Shown here piece by piece: positions 52,150-61,915 of a stretch of 64,000 nt of DNA (its first letter is position 1; the number at the start of each line of letters is the position of its first letter). Both the position numbers and the translations under genes were made by a program. The notes under the pieces were generated by a model. It searched no databases and was not told the origin of the DNA. It worked only from the letters and a program-made list of their open reading frames with translations. Source of the DNA: Burkholderiales bacterium. Lineage in GTDB: Bacteria > Pseudomonadota > Gammaproteobacteria > Burkholderiales > SG8-41. The DNA lies in contig DATAJS010000010.1 of NCBI GenBank assembly GCA_036262035.1, positions 724,915 to 788,914 on the forward strand, read 5' to 3'.

Positions 52150-52863
52150 TCACAACGTCGCGACAAACTCCTCGATCAGCTTATTCACCTTCTCCGGCGC
52201 CTCGGTGCACGGGAAGTGGCCCGCGTCGTCGAGCTTCACGTAGCGCGAGCCTTTGACCGTCTCGTGCATGTCTTTCTCGTACTCGGGCGGCTGGCCGGGA
52301 TCGCCGAGGCCGCGGATCAGCAGGAGCTTGGGCTTCAATGTCGCGAGGCGGTCGGAGACGTCGAAGGTGTCGATGGCCATGAGGTCGTGGTATTGCGACA
52401 TCGGCCCGACCTGGCGATGGCGCTCGATCAGGCGCTCCTTCAGCTCCGGCTCGACGTAGCGCATCGCTTTCTTTTGGAACGGGATCCATTCTTCCTCGTA
52501 CGACTTCGGGTCCTTCGCGGCACGCAGCCGCATCTCGTAGGTGTCGGGCTTGCGCGTCTTCGGCTTGGCCGCGACCGTCATCAGCACCAGGCCTTTCACT
52601 TCCTCGGGATAGTCGAGGCCGTACTGCAGGCCGATCGATGCGCCGAGCGTATAGCCGACGAGCACGAGGTCCTTCTTCATGCCCTGCGCCCACAGCCAGC
52701 CGCGCACCCACTCGGTATAGCCTTTGACGTCGGCGCAGCGCGTGCCTTCGAGATGGCCGGGAAGGTCGGGCGCGACGCATCCAGGGAAATGCTTGCGTTG
52801 GTAGTAATAGGCGTCCGCGCACGCGCCGGCGCCGGGTCCGTGGATGAATACGAGTCGGGTCAT
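52150..52863 (-). CDS. alpha/beta-fold hydrolase
   Basis: MTRLVFIHGPGAG, GYTLGASIG nucleophile elbow, 237 aa. Confidence 0.8.
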   Translation of the reverse strand: MTRLVFIHGPGAGACADAYYYQRKHFPGCVAPDLPGHLEGTRCADVKGYTEWVRGWLWAQGMKKDLVLVGYTLGASIGLQYGLDYPEEVKGLVLMTVAAKPKTRKPDTYEMRLRAAKDPKSYEEEWIPFQKKAMRYVEPELKERLIERHRQVGPMSQYHDLMAIDTFDVSDRLATLKPKLLLIRGLGDPGQPPEYEKDMHETVKGSRYVKLDDAGHFPCTEAPEKVNKLIEEFVATL

Positions 52864-52882
52864 GGATGAGCCTGTAGTTTAA

Positions 52883-52996
52883 AAAATGGATTCCCGACAG
52901 TCCCGCTATCGCGGTTCGGGAATGACGGCTACTTCGTCATTCCCGCGAAGAGCCTGCCCTCGAATGCTTTAGTCGGGGGCGGGAATCCATTTTGAG
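52883..52996. repeat. family-1 element (compound copy)
   Basis: aaaaatggattcccgacagtcccgctatcgcggttcgggaatgacggctacttcgtcattcccgcgaagagcctgccctcgaatgctttagtcgggggcgggaatccattttgag. Confidence 0.8.
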
Positions 52997-52997
52997 T

Positions 52998-54155
52998 TTA
53001 GTCGCGCGCGTTCATGCCGCGCTGAAAGGTCGACGGCACACCGAAGTCGAGCTTGGAGCGCTTCTCGAGGAAATACGCGTAAGCCGGCGGTATCCCGCTG
53101 AACGGCGCTTCGGCCTGGAGCTTCTGCGCCGCGTCGATCGGCCAGTTCGGGTTGTGCAGGAACTCGCGGCCCAGGGCGACCAAATCCGCACTGCCGGTCT
53201 GCACGATCTCTTCGGCGTGATCGGAGTGCACGATCATGCCGACGGCCATCGTCATGATGTCGGCGCCTGCGCGGATGTCGCGGGCGTAGGGCACCTGATA
53301 ACCGTAACCCGGCGCCTGCTCGCTCGCGGTCGCGCCTTCACCCATACCGCCCGAGCTGCAGTCGATCACGTCGACGCCGGCTTTCTTGAGGGCTTTCGCA
53401 AGCTCGACGCTGTCGTCGATCGTCCAGCCGGTTTCATCGACCGCGGAGACGCGGAAGAACAGCGGTTTCTCTCGAGGCCAGCTCTGGCGCACGCGGCGCA
53501 CGACTTCGCACGCGAAGCGCATGCGGTTTTCCAGCGAGCCGCCGTATTCGTCGGTGCGCTTGTTTGCAGTCGAAGAGAGAAACTGGTGTATGAGATAGCC
53601 GTGCGCGCCGTGGATCTCGACGATGTCGAAGCCCGCTTCGTCGGCGCGCCGTACCGCTTCGCCCCACTGGTCTGCGGCTTTGCGGATGTCGTCGCGGCTC
53701 ATCTCGCGCGGCACCGAATACTTCGGATCGTGCGCGACCGCGCTCGGGCCGATCAGCTCCCATGGTTCGCCGTGATCGACGCCGGGATGGTTTGCCATCG
53801 GCACGCGGCCTTCCCACGGCACCGAGCGCCGCGCCTTGCGGCCGGAATGGCCGAGCTGGATGCCGACCACCGCGCCGTTGCGCTTCACCAGCGAGGTGAT
53901 GCGCTTCATCGGCGCGACGAACTCGTCTTTCCACAAACCGAGATCGCGCGGCGTCGAGCAGCCGGCCGGATCGATCTTGGTCGACTCCATGAACACGAGC
54001 CCCGCACCGCCCGCCGCGAACTTGCCGAGGTGCGACAGGTGGAAATCGTTGACGTGTCCGCCGTCCGCGCAATAGGTCAGCATCGGCGAGACCACGATGC
54101 GGTTACGCAGCGTGAGCTCGCGGATCGCGAGCGGTGAGAACAGAGCGCGTTGCAT
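52998..54155 (-). CDS. NADH:flavin oxidoreductase (Old Yellow Enzyme family)
   Basis: Internal ATG (MQRALFSPLAIRELTLRNRIVVSPM), HGAHGYL TIM-barrel FMN motif. Confidence 0.85.
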   Translation of the reverse strand: MQRALFSPLAIRELTLRNRIVVSPMLTYCADGGHVNDFHLSHLGKFAAGGAGLVFMESTKIDPAGCSTPRDLGLWKDEFVAPMKRITSLVKRNGAVVGIQLGHSGRKARRSVPWEGRVPMANHPGVDHGEPWELIGPSAVAHDPKYSVPREMSRDDIRKAADQWGEAVRRADEAGFDIVEIHGAHGYLIHQFLSSTANKRTDEYGGSLENRMRFACEVVRRVRQSWPREKPLFFRVSAVDETGWTIDDSVELAKALKKAGVDVIDCSSGGMGEGATASEQAPGYGYQVPYARDIRAGADIMTMAVGMIVHSDHAEEIVQTGSADLVALGREFLHNPNWPIDAAQKLQAEAPFSGIPPAYAYFLEKRSKLDFGVPSTFQRGMNARD

Positions 54156-54365
54156 GGTCTTCCCCCGAAACGTTTTGTGACGCATGTTAACCTCGACCCG
54201 CCGGAGTCTGCAGCCTTTTTCCACAGCGGAAATCCACGATATGGCTCAACCCTGCCGCACCGCGCGCGTCGGCGATCTGGCATTCATGACGACCTCGCGG
54301 ATTACACCGCGGCCACGGCGTGAACCTGCTCGCGCCTGACGCTTGCGTCGAGGAGATCCGCGCGT

Positions 54366-55346
54366 TTATTCGGGCTTGATGCCCGCGTCCTTGACGATCT
54401 TCGCGGCGCGCGCGACTTCGCTCTTGATGAACGCGGTGAAGTGCTCGGGGGTCGGGCTCGAGTGGAGCTCGACGCCCTGCTGCAGGAACTGGTTGCGCAG
54501 CTCGGGAATCTGCACGAGCTTCACGATCTCGCCGTGCAGCCGCGTGACGACGTCGCGCGGCGTTGACGCGGGCGCCAGGACGCCGTTGAAGATGCTCGCC
54601 TCGAATCCCGGCAGCGTGTCGCTCACGGGAGGAACATCGGGCAGCAGGGTGGAGCGCCCGGGCGTAGTCACGCCGAGCGGACGCAGCCGTCCCGACTTGA
54701 TGAGCGGTATCGCGGTCGTGAAGTTGTCGAACTTGACCGGCACGTGCCCGCCGACGAGGTCCACCAGCGCCGGCGCGTCGCCGTTGTAGCCGATGCGCAC
54801 GAGGTTGACGCCGGCCTGCCGCTTGAACAGCTCCATCGCCATGAACGAGCCCGAGCCCAGGCTCGACGACGCGTAATTGAGGCGGCCCGACTGCGATTTC
54901 GCGAACGCGATCAGGTCGCGCACGTTTTTCACCGGCAGCGACGGATGCACGACCAGCACCTGCGGGATCGTCGCGACGAGGCTCACGCCCGTGAAGTCGC
55001 GCGCGGCGTCGTACGGGATGTTGCGCATCAGGCTCGGCGCGTTGGTGAACGTGCTCGCCATCATGAGGAGCGTATAGCCGTCGGGTGCGGAGCGCGCGAC
55101 GTATTGCGCGCTGATCGAGGCGTTCGCGCCGGGCCGGTTTTCGACGAGCGCGCGCTGTCCGAATGCCTCGCCGAGGTTCTGAGCGACGGCGCGTCCTACG
55201 GTGTCGAGGTTGCCCCCCGGCGCCGCGCCGACGATGAGCCGAATCGGTTTCGCCGGATACGCCTGGGCCGCGGCAGGGTCGGCCTGCGTTCCGAGCGCGG
55301 CGAGCAACGCGGCACAGCCGATTCTCGTTATGATGGTCAGCGGCAT
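54366..55346 (-). CDS. TctC/Bug-family periplasmic solute-binding protein
   Basis: MPLTIITRIGCAALLAALGTQADPAAAQAYPAKPIRLIVGAAPGG...APDGYTLLM. Start approximate (no clear RBS). Confidence 0.75.
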   Translation of the reverse strand: MPLTIITRIGCAALLAALGTQADPAAAQAYPAKPIRLIVGAAPGGNLDTVGRAVAQNLGEAFGQRALVENRPGANASISAQYVARSAPDGYTLLMMASTFTNAPSLMRNIPYDAARDFTGVSLVATIPQVLVVHPSLPVKNVRDLIAFAKSQSGRLNYASSSLGSGSFMAMELFKRQAGVNLVRIGYNGDAPALVDLVGGHVPVKFDNFTTAIPLIKSGRLRPLGVTTPGRSTLLPDVPPVSDTLPGFEASIFNGVLAPASTPRDVVTRLHGEIVKLVQIPELRNQFLQQGVELHSSPTPEHFTAFIKSEVARAAKIVKDAGIKPE

Positions 55347-55387
55347 CGCAACAGAATAACCGACAACGATATGTTCGGAGGAGCCCG

Positions 55388-56350
55388 TTGAGAACCGCAC
55401 AAGCAACAACGGCCGTGGCGTTCGCAATCCTGAGCGTCGGAGCCGCCGCACAGACATACCCCGCGAAACCTATTCGTTGCATCGTGCCGTTCCCGCCGGG
55501 CGGCACCGCCGACATCCAGGCGCGGCTGCTGTTCGAGAAGCTGGGGCCGAAGCTCGGCCAACAGGTCATCATCGACAACCGCGGCGGCGCCAACGGCAGC
55601 ATCGGCATGGAGCTCACCGCGCGCTCGCCGGCCGACGGTTACAGCATCGTGCTCGCGACGGTCGGCACGTGGGTGATCAACCCGTATCTCTACAAGCTCT
55701 CCTACGACGTGCTCGACTTCGCGCCCATCATCCACGTCGCCACGACGCCCGGCGTGCTGATCGTGCATCCGTCGCTGCCGGTGCATTCGGTGAAAGAGCT
55801 GATCGCGCTGGCGAAGCGCCGCCCGGGCGAGCTCACTTTCGGCTCTGCAGGCATCGGCGGCTTCGGTCACATGTCGGGCGAGCTCTTCTCGCAGATGGCG
55901 CAGGTGAAGATGTCTCACGTGCCGTACAAGGGCTCGGGGCCGTCGACGGCGGACCTGATCGGCGGGCACATCCAGATCCTCTTCAACAGCGCGGTGCCGA
56001 GCGTGCCGCACGTCAAGAGCGGAAAGGTCCGCGCGCTCGCGACGACGGGTGCGAAGCGCATGTCGATCCTCCCCGAGCTGCCGACGATCGCCGAGTCGGG
56101 GCTGACCGGTTACGAGAACTCGACCTGGACCGGCATCGGCGCCCCGCCGAAGACGCCTCGCGCGGCGACCGAGCGGCTGAACAAGGAGCTCAACGCGGTG
56201 CTGCAGCTTCCGGAAGTGCAGACCGCGATGAAGAACGACGGCTCCGAGATCACCGGCGGCACGCCCGAGGCGTATCACGAGCGGCTGAAGCGGGATCTGG
56301 CGAAGTTCGGGAAGATCGTGAAAGCGGCGGGGATCAAGACAGAGCAGTAA
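55388..56350 (+). CDS. TctC/Bug-family periplasmic solute-binding protein
   Basis: TTG start after GGAGGAG. AQTYPAKPIRCIVPFPPGGTAD...PADGYSIVL. Divergent from the preceding Bug gene. Confidence 0.85.
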   Translation: MRTAQATTAVAFAILSVGAAAQTYPAKPIRCIVPFPPGGTADIQARLLFEKLGPKLGQQVIIDNRGGANGSIGMELTARSPADGYSIVLATVGTWVINPYLYKLSYDVLDFAPIIHVATTPGVLIVHPSLPVHSVKELIALAKRRPGELTFGSAGIGGFGHMSGELFSQMAQVKMSHVPYKGSGPSTADLIGGHIQILFNSAVPSVPHVKSGKVRALATTGAKRMSILPELPTIAESGLTGYENSTWTGIGAPPKTPRAATERLNKELNAVLQLPEVQTAMKNDGSEITGGTPEAYHERLKRDLAKFGKIVKAAGIKTEQ

Positions 56351-56351
56351 A

Positions 56352-56575
56352 GCAATTTGAACCGCAAAGGACGCAAAGGACGCCAAGGAAAGACAAAGAA
56401 CGTCATTCCCGAACCGCGATAGCGGGAGCTGTCGGGAAACCATCTGGCTTTGACGACCACAACATGGATTCCCGCCTTCGCGGGAATGACGGCATTGCGC
56501 GAACGCGCAGGCTGCTTCTCGGTATCGGTTTCGCTTTTCCTTTGCGTCCTTTGCGTCCTTGGCGGTTAAATGGGT
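56352..56575. mobile_element. composite nested palindromic element (9-bp-unit arms around family-1 core 56401..56491)
   Basis: gaaccgcaaaggacgcaaaggacgccaaggaaag ... core ... ttttcctttgcgtcctttgcgtccttggcggttaaa. Confidence 0.7.
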
Positions 56576-56606
56576 TCTCGCGCCACGCGAAGGAGGAGAC
56601 GCCAAC

Positions 56607-57803
56607 ATGCACTACGACGTGATTTCGGCGGACTGTCATGTGGACTTGTGCTGGCTGCCGCCCGAGCTGTTCGTGGAGAACGCATCGCGCGAGATGCGCG
56701 ATCGCATGCCGTTCGTCGCCGAGACGCCGAGCGGCCGGATGTGGAGGACCAAGTCCGGCGCGAACCTGGGGCACGTGAACGGCATGGGCTCGGCGGGGCG
56801 GCAATATACGCCGGGCAAGATCCATCGCGCCGACCGCATGGCCGAGACCGGTCTCTACGAAGACGGCAAGCGCGGCATCCGGCGCCTCACCGATCCCGAC
56901 CTGCGCATCAAGGACCAGGACCGCGACGGCGTGCAGGCCGAAGTGCTGTATGGCGTGCTGGGCGCGACGGGACGTCTCAACGATCCGCAGGCCGCGGTCG
57001 AAGTCATGCGCGTCTACAACGCGTGGCTCGCCGATTTCTGCTCGGCGCATCCCGAGCGTTTCGCGGGGCTCGCGTCGATTCCGAACAATCCGATCGAAGA
57101 CGCGATCGCCGAAGTGAAGCGCGTCGCCGCTCGCGGCGCGCTGCGCGGCCTCGACATCGCGAACTCGAGCGATCTCAAGCCGCTGTGGGATCCGTACTGG
57201 AACCCGCTGTGGGAAGTCATCAACGACACCGGCCTGCCGCTGCACTTCCACACCGTCGGCGGCTACGTGCCCGAGCACATCCGGAAAATCCAGATGATCG
57301 GCTCCGATCCCACGCGAGCGGAGCTGCCCGGCGCGCCCGAAGTCGACATCCCGGTGGCGCGCGCCGCGTTCGCGAGCCACATCAGCCAGTTCCAGGTGAA
57401 CATGGCGAACGTGCTGACCTCGATCATCTTCGCCGGCGTGCTCGAGCGCTATCCGCGCATCAAGCTCGTGCTCGGCGAATCGGGTATCGGGTGGATCCCG
57501 TACGTGGTGTGGCGCATGGACGCCGAGTGGGAGGACCAGTTCAAGGACCTCACGCTCACGATGCCGCCATCGGAGTACTGGAAGCGCCAGTGCTGGGCGA
57601 CGTACCAGACCGATCCGATCGGCATCAAGCTCATCGACGAGCTCGGCGCTGACAAGGTGATGTGGGGCTCGGATTTCCCGCATCCCGACGGCGTTTGGCC
57701 GGATTCGAGGGAATACATCGAGCGCGAGCTCGGGGCTTTGCCGCCGGACGTCAAGCGCAAGGTGGTCTGCGACAACGCCGCGAAGCTCTACGGTTTTCAA
57801 TAA
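56607..57803 (+). CDS. amidohydrolase-2 family metal-dependent hydrolase (ACMSD-like)
   Basis: GAAGGAGGAG RBS. MHYDVISADCHVD HxH-type N-terminus. C-terminal WGSDFPHPD. Confidence 0.85.
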   Translation: MHYDVISADCHVDLCWLPPELFVENASREMRDRMPFVAETPSGRMWRTKSGANLGHVNGMGSAGRQYTPGKIHRADRMAETGLYEDGKRGIRRLTDPDLRIKDQDRDGVQAEVLYGVLGATGRLNDPQAAVEVMRVYNAWLADFCSAHPERFAGLASIPNNPIEDAIAEVKRVAARGALRGLDIANSSDLKPLWDPYWNPLWEVINDTGLPLHFHTVGGYVPEHIRKIQMIGSDPTRAELPGAPEVDIPVARAAFASHISQFQVNMANVLTSIIFAGVLERYPRIKLVLGESGIGWIPYVVWRMDAEWEDQFKDLTLTMPPSEYWKRQCWATYQTDPIGIKLIDELGADKVMWGSDFPHPDGVWPDSREYIERELGALPPDVKRKVVCDNAAKLYGFQ

Positions 57804-57805
57804 AA

Positions 57806-57865
57806 GTGACGGGTAAGGCGGTGACGGGTGAAACGGTGACGGATAAAGCAGTGACGGAAAGGGCG
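57806..57865 (+). promoter_or_regulatory. four tandem 15-bp direct repeats (gtgacggNNaaNgcN) ending 5 nt before the next Bug start codon
   Basis: gtgacgggtaaggcg gtgacgggtgaaacg gtgacggataaagca gtgacggaaagggcg. Confidence 0.5.
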
Positions 57866-57870
57866 GGATA

Positions 57871-58830
57871 ATGCTGGCTCGAATGCTGACGTTCGCGTTG
57901 CTGCTCTCGATCGGCGTCGCGCAGGCGGCGGAGAGCGGCTATCCCTCGCGCCCGATCCGATTGATCGTGCCTTTCGTCGCCGGCGGCGGCACCGATCTGC
58001 TCGCGCGGCTGCTGACGCCGCGGCTGACCGAAGTGCTTGGGCAGCAGATCGTGGTCGACAACCGCGGCGGCGCAGGCAGCATCGTCGGTACGCAGATGGT
58101 CGCGAAGTCGCCGCCCGACGGTTACACGATCGCGGTGTTCGATACCGCGTTCGCGATCAATCCGGGATTCGCCGAGAAGCTTCCGTACGATGCGGAGCGC
58201 GACTTCAATTTCGTCGCGATCATCGCGACCTCGCCGACGGTGCTGGTCGCGCAGTCCAGGCTCGGCGTGCGCACGCTCCAGGAGCTGATCGCGGCGGCGA
58301 AGGCGAACCCCGGCAAGATCAGGGCCGCCTCCGCCGGCGTCGGATCGTCGAGCCATCTCACCATAGAGATGCTGAATTCGGCCGCGAAGATCCGCCTCAT
58401 GCACGTGCCTTACAAAGGCGCGGGCGCGGCGATCCAGGACATGCTCGGCGGCCACGCCGATCTCACGTTCGCGGTGGCAGGCTCGGTGATCGCGCAGATC
58501 CAGGCGGGCACGATGTACGCGCTCGCGGTGACGAACAAGCCGTCGGTGCTGTTGCCGAATACGCCGACCTTCGCGTCGGCGGGTTTCCCGAGCGTGAATC
58601 CGGAGGCGTTCCGCTTCCTGGCCGCGCCGGCCGGTGTTCCCGCGCCCGTGGCGCAGAAGCTCGCGGCGGCGCTCACCACGGTCATGGAGACGCCCGAAGT
58701 GAAGACCCGCCTGGTCGACAATGGCTTCGATCCCGAATTCCGGACCGGCAAGGACGCGCGCGAGTTCGTGCTGCGCGAGATCCGGAAGTGGCGTCAGGCG
58801 GTCAAGGATTCCGGCGCCAAAGCGAACTGA
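57871..58830 (+). CDS. TctC/Bug-family periplasmic solute-binding protein
   Basis: [42 protein letters not shown]...PPDGYTIAV. Confidence 0.85.
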   Translation: MLARMLTFALLLSIGVAQAAESGYPSRPIRLIVPFVAGGGTDLLARLLTPRLTEVLGQQIVVDNRGGAGSIVGTQMVAKSPPDGYTIAVFDTAFAINPGFAEKLPYDAERDFNFVAIIATSPTVLVAQSRLGVRTLQELIAAAKANPGKIRAASAGVGSSSHLTIEMLNSAAKIRLMHVPYKGAGAAIQDMLGGHADLTFAVAGSVIAQIQAGTMYALAVTNKPSVLLPNTPTFASAGFPSVNPEAFRFLAAPAGVPAPVAQKLAAALTTVMETPEVKTRLVDNGFDPEFRTGKDAREFVLREIRKWRQAVKDSGAKAN

Positions 58831-58850
58831 GCGAACCGAGGAGAGCATCG

Positions 58851-59702
58851 ATGAACGACGTGGCATCGCCGATCGTCGCCGCCTACGAGCGCGACGGTTA
58901 CTACTTCCCGTACGACGTGACGAGCGAGCGCGAGGCGGCCGCGCTGCTGGCCGATCTCGAAGCGGCCGAGGCCGAGGTCGCCGGCGACAAGGCGCGGCTT
59001 TCGGCGCTGCGCAGCTACCCCGCGCAACTGCTGCCGTCGTTCGCCGCGCTCGTACGCCACCCGCGGCTGCTCGATGCCGTCTCGCAGATCATCGGGCCCG
59101 ACGTGCTCGTGTGGAGCGCGGGCTTCTTCATCAAGGAGCCGAGCTCCAAGAGCTACGTGAGCTGGCATCAGGATCTGAACTACTGGGGGCTCGACGGCGC
59201 CGACGAGGTCACCGCGTGGTACACGCTCACACCGGCGACGATCGAGAACGGCTGCATGCGCTTCGTGCCCGGAAGCCACAAGAAGAACGACGTGCCGCAC
59301 GTCGACTCGTTCGCCAGGGACAACCTGCTCACGCGAGGCCAGGAGATCGCGGTCGAAGTGGATGAAGCGAGCGCCGTGAACGTGCTCCTGCGCGCCGGGC
59401 AGACATCGCTCCATCACGGCCACATCTTCCACGCGTCTGGACCGAACACCACGAACCAGCGCCGCGTGGGCATCGCGATCCGCTACGTGGCGCCGTCGAT
59501 GAAGCAGACTTCCGGCGACAAGCTGCTCGTGTCGCTCGTGAAGGGCAGGGACGATCACGGGCACTTCGAGCACATGCCCGCGCCGGTGGGGCGGCTGCGC
59601 GACGAAGACTTCGAGCGCGCGCTGCGCAATACCGAGATGAAGAAGGCGATTCTCTACCGGGGCGTGAAGGCGGAGCTGATCAAGGAGACGCGAAGGGCTT
59701 GA
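58851..59702 (+). CDS. phytanoyl-CoA dioxygenase (PhyH) family Fe(II)/2-oxoglutarate oxygenase
   Basis: GAGGAG RBS before MNDVASPI. Called PhyH family from overall similarity. No HxD/E...H facial triad was identified by eye. Confidence 0.75.
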   Translation: MNDVASPIVAAYERDGYYFPYDVTSEREAAALLADLEAAEAEVAGDKARLSALRSYPAQLLPSFAALVRHPRLLDAVSQIIGPDVLVWSAGFFIKEPSSKSYVSWHQDLNYWGLDGADEVTAWYTLTPATIENGCMRFVPGSHKKNDVPHVDSFARDNLLTRGQEIAVEVDEASAVNVLLRAGQTSLHHGHIFHASGPNTTNQRRVGIAIRYVAPSMKQTSGDKLLVSLVKGRDDHGHFEHMPAPVGRLRDEDFERALRNTEMKKAILYRGVKAELIKETRRA

Positions 59703-59712
59703 TCGAAGTGTC

Positions 59713-59880
59713 GTCATTGCCGCGCAGGCGGGAATCCATTTTCGAAACGTCGAAGTCAAGATGGATTCCCGATCGCTCCGCTATCGCGGGTCGGGAATGA
59801 CGTTGTGGATGTTCCTCTGCGTCCTAGTAACGCGTTTGACCTTCCTTCGTGTCCTTTGTGTCCTTTGTGGTCAAAACGCC
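59713..59880. repeat. family-1 element (59713..59802) followed by a single 9-bp-unit arm (tgtcctttgtgtcctttgtgg)
   Basis: cgtcattgccgcgcaggcgggaatccattttcgaaacgtcgaagtcaagatggattcccgatcgctccgctatcgcgggtcgggaatgacg. Confidence 0.75.
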
Positions 59881-59888
59881 TTTAAACC

Positions 59889-60725
59889 CTAAGGCGCGAC
59901 CCACGTCCCGGTGAGATAGTCGTACAGGTTCGCGACGTTGCGCTTCATCACCCCCGGCGCCATGCCGTCCTGGCCGACGTCCATCGGGTAGCGGTCGGTC
60001 AGGTCGGTGAGGCGCTCGATCGCGTCGTTCTTGCTCATGCCGCGCGAGATCGCCGCCCCCACGTAGTCCTTCCATTCCTCGATGAACGATGCCTGCTCGT
60101 CGAGGTATTCCTTGCCGCACACCGCGCCGTGACCGGGGACGAACACTTCTTCGGGCAGCTTGCGCAGGTTCTCCAGCGCGACCAGCCACAGGTCGGGGTT
60201 CGCCTCCTGCAGCCACGTGTGGCACTTGTGGAAGATGTTGTCGCTGGTGAAAGCCACGCCTTCCTGCTTGATGCAGATCGCCGCCTGGTACATCGTGTGT
60301 CCGGGCATGTGGATCATCTCGAAGGTGTGGTCGCCGACGTGCAGCTTCATGCCTTCGCGAAACGTGATCACCGGGGCGTTCGGACGATAGTCGTGGAGCA
60401 GCGCCGGCTCGTCCGGCCCGAACGTCGCGACGCGCGTGACGTGCTCGGCCATGTCGGTCTCCTGGATGCGGCGCCGCACGCCTTCGTGCGCGATGACCGG
60501 CACGTCGAAGAACGCATTGCCGGTCCAGTGATCGCCGTGCGGCTCGGTGTTGATGATGTAGCGCAGGTTCCCGCCGTGCCGCGCGATCTCCGCCTTGAGC
60601 TTGAGGGCGTCGCTCGGCTTGTGCGGGCTGTCGATCATGACGATGCCGTCGGACGTCGTGACGAAGCCGTGGTTGCAGCCCCGGATGCCGGTTTCGACGA
60701 ATACGTTTTTCGTGAGTTGCTGCAT
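59889..60725 (-). CDS. MBL-fold metallo-hydrolase
   Basis: TEPHGDHWTGN (HxHxDH) motif, 278 aa. Confidence 0.8.
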   Translation of the reverse strand: MQQLTKNVFVETGIRGCNHGFVTTSDGIVMIDSPHKPSDALKLKAEIARHGGNLRYIINTEPHGDHWTGNAFFDVPVIAHEGVRRRIQETDMAEHVTRVATFGPDEPALLHDYRPNAPVITFREGMKLHVGDHTFEMIHMPGHTMYQAAICIKQEGVAFTSDNIFHKCHTWLQEANPDLWLVALENLRKLPEEVFVPGHGAVCGKEYLDEQASFIEEWKDYVGAAISRGMSKNDAIERLTDLTDRYPMDVGQDGMAPGVMKRNVANLYDYLTGTWVAP

Positions 60726-60793
60726 GTGCGCTCCTCTCGTTGGCGGACTTCCTCGGGTAAATTATGCGCTCCCGCAGAACAAGGAGAAGATCG

Positions 60794-61768
60794 ATGAACA
60801 GACGATGGACGATCTGGCTGGCGGCATTGACCTGTGCCGCCGCGACCGGCGCATTCGCCGCACAGGGGGGCAACGTCAAGGTCACGCCGCTGGGCAGCCA
60901 CGATGGCGAGTTCTGTCCGCAGGACCGCGCGCTGATCTTCGAGGACCCGAACGGCACGCGCGTGCTGTACGACCCCGGCCGCACCGTCGCCGGCGCGCAG
61001 GATCCGAGGCTCGGCGGCAAGATCGACGTCGTGCTCGTCACGCACATGCACGGCGATCACGTCGGCAACGCGCACATCCCCGCGGTCAACACCGGAGAGT
61101 GCGGCAAGCCCGATGTCTCGGTCTCGGCGCTGCCGAACACCCTCGCGGTGAGCATCGCCATGGCGCACAAGTCGAAGATCGTCACCGGCAGCGAGATGCC
61201 GACCTTCTTCCAGGCGAAGCTGCGCGCGGCGGGCGGCAATCCGGCCGATGCGATCCTCGCGCGCTTCGGCGGCAGCGTGACGGTCGGCGGCGTGCGCATC
61301 GCGACGGTCACCGCGATGCACAGCAACGGCGTCGATCCTTCGTATATCGGCGGCGAGCTCGGCAAGCTCATGTCCGCGGCCGGCATCTTCGGCTACGCGG
61401 GCGACGCGACCGGCTACGTGCTGACGTTCAGCAACGGTCTCGTCGCGTACCTGTCCGGCGACACCGGCATCACGTCGGACCAGGAGCGCGTAGTGCGCGG
61501 ACAGTACGGCGCCAGGCTCGCGGTGATGAACATCGGCGACGGTTTTACCACCGGTCCGCGCGAAGCGGCTTACGTCATCAACGACCTGGTCAAGCCCAAC
61601 TCGGTGATCGCCTCGCACGCGAACGAGGTCGGCACCAAGGGCGGCAAGCCGGTTCCCGGCTCCAAGACCGAGACGTTCATCAAATTGGTGAAGGTGCCGG
61701 TGCACGTGCCGCTGAGCGGCAAGACGATGGAGTTCGACCCGGCGGGCAAGTGCGTGGGCGGATGTTGA
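60794..61768 (+). CDS. secreted MBL-fold metallo-hydrolase
   Basis: AAGGAGAAG RBS, signal peptide MNRRWTIWLAALTCAAATGAFAA, THMHGDHVG motif. Confidence 0.75.
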   Translation: MNRRWTIWLAALTCAAATGAFAAQGGNVKVTPLGSHDGEFCPQDRALIFEDPNGTRVLYDPGRTVAGAQDPRLGGKIDVVLVTHMHGDHVGNAHIPAVNTGECGKPDVSVSALPNTLAVSIAMAHKSKIVTGSEMPTFFQAKLRAAGGNPADAILARFGGSVTVGGVRIATVTAMHSNGVDPSYIGGELGKLMSAAGIFGYAGDATGYVLTFSNGLVAYLSGDTGITSDQERVVRGQYGARLAVMNIGDGFTTGPREAAYVINDLVKPNSVIASHANEVGTKGGKPVPGSKTETFIKLVKVPVHVPLSGKTMEFDPAGKCVGGC

Positions 61769-61797
61769 TCTGAATTAGCGCACGCAAACGGTGCAAG

Positions 61798-61828
61798 AGC
61801 CGGGGCTTCGGCCCCGGTTTTTTTATGC
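61798..61828 (+). terminator. rho-independent terminator
   Basis: gagccggggcttcggccccgg followed by ttttttt. Confidence 0.75.
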
Positions 61829-61915
61829 CGTTTGGGTACCGCGGCGGTTCTCTGCCACACTGGTTTTACGGGACACGAAGAACATCCTCACGTCCCATTC
61901 CAAGGGGGATCCGCC

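Noticed and set aside
51846-52166. 106-aa ORF upstream of the large secreted protein
   Set aside because: Its N-terminal third is translation of a family-3 repeat (HGIASS...LAMTT). There is no RBS. Likely spurious, though the central ~60 residues are not repeat-derived, so not fully excluded
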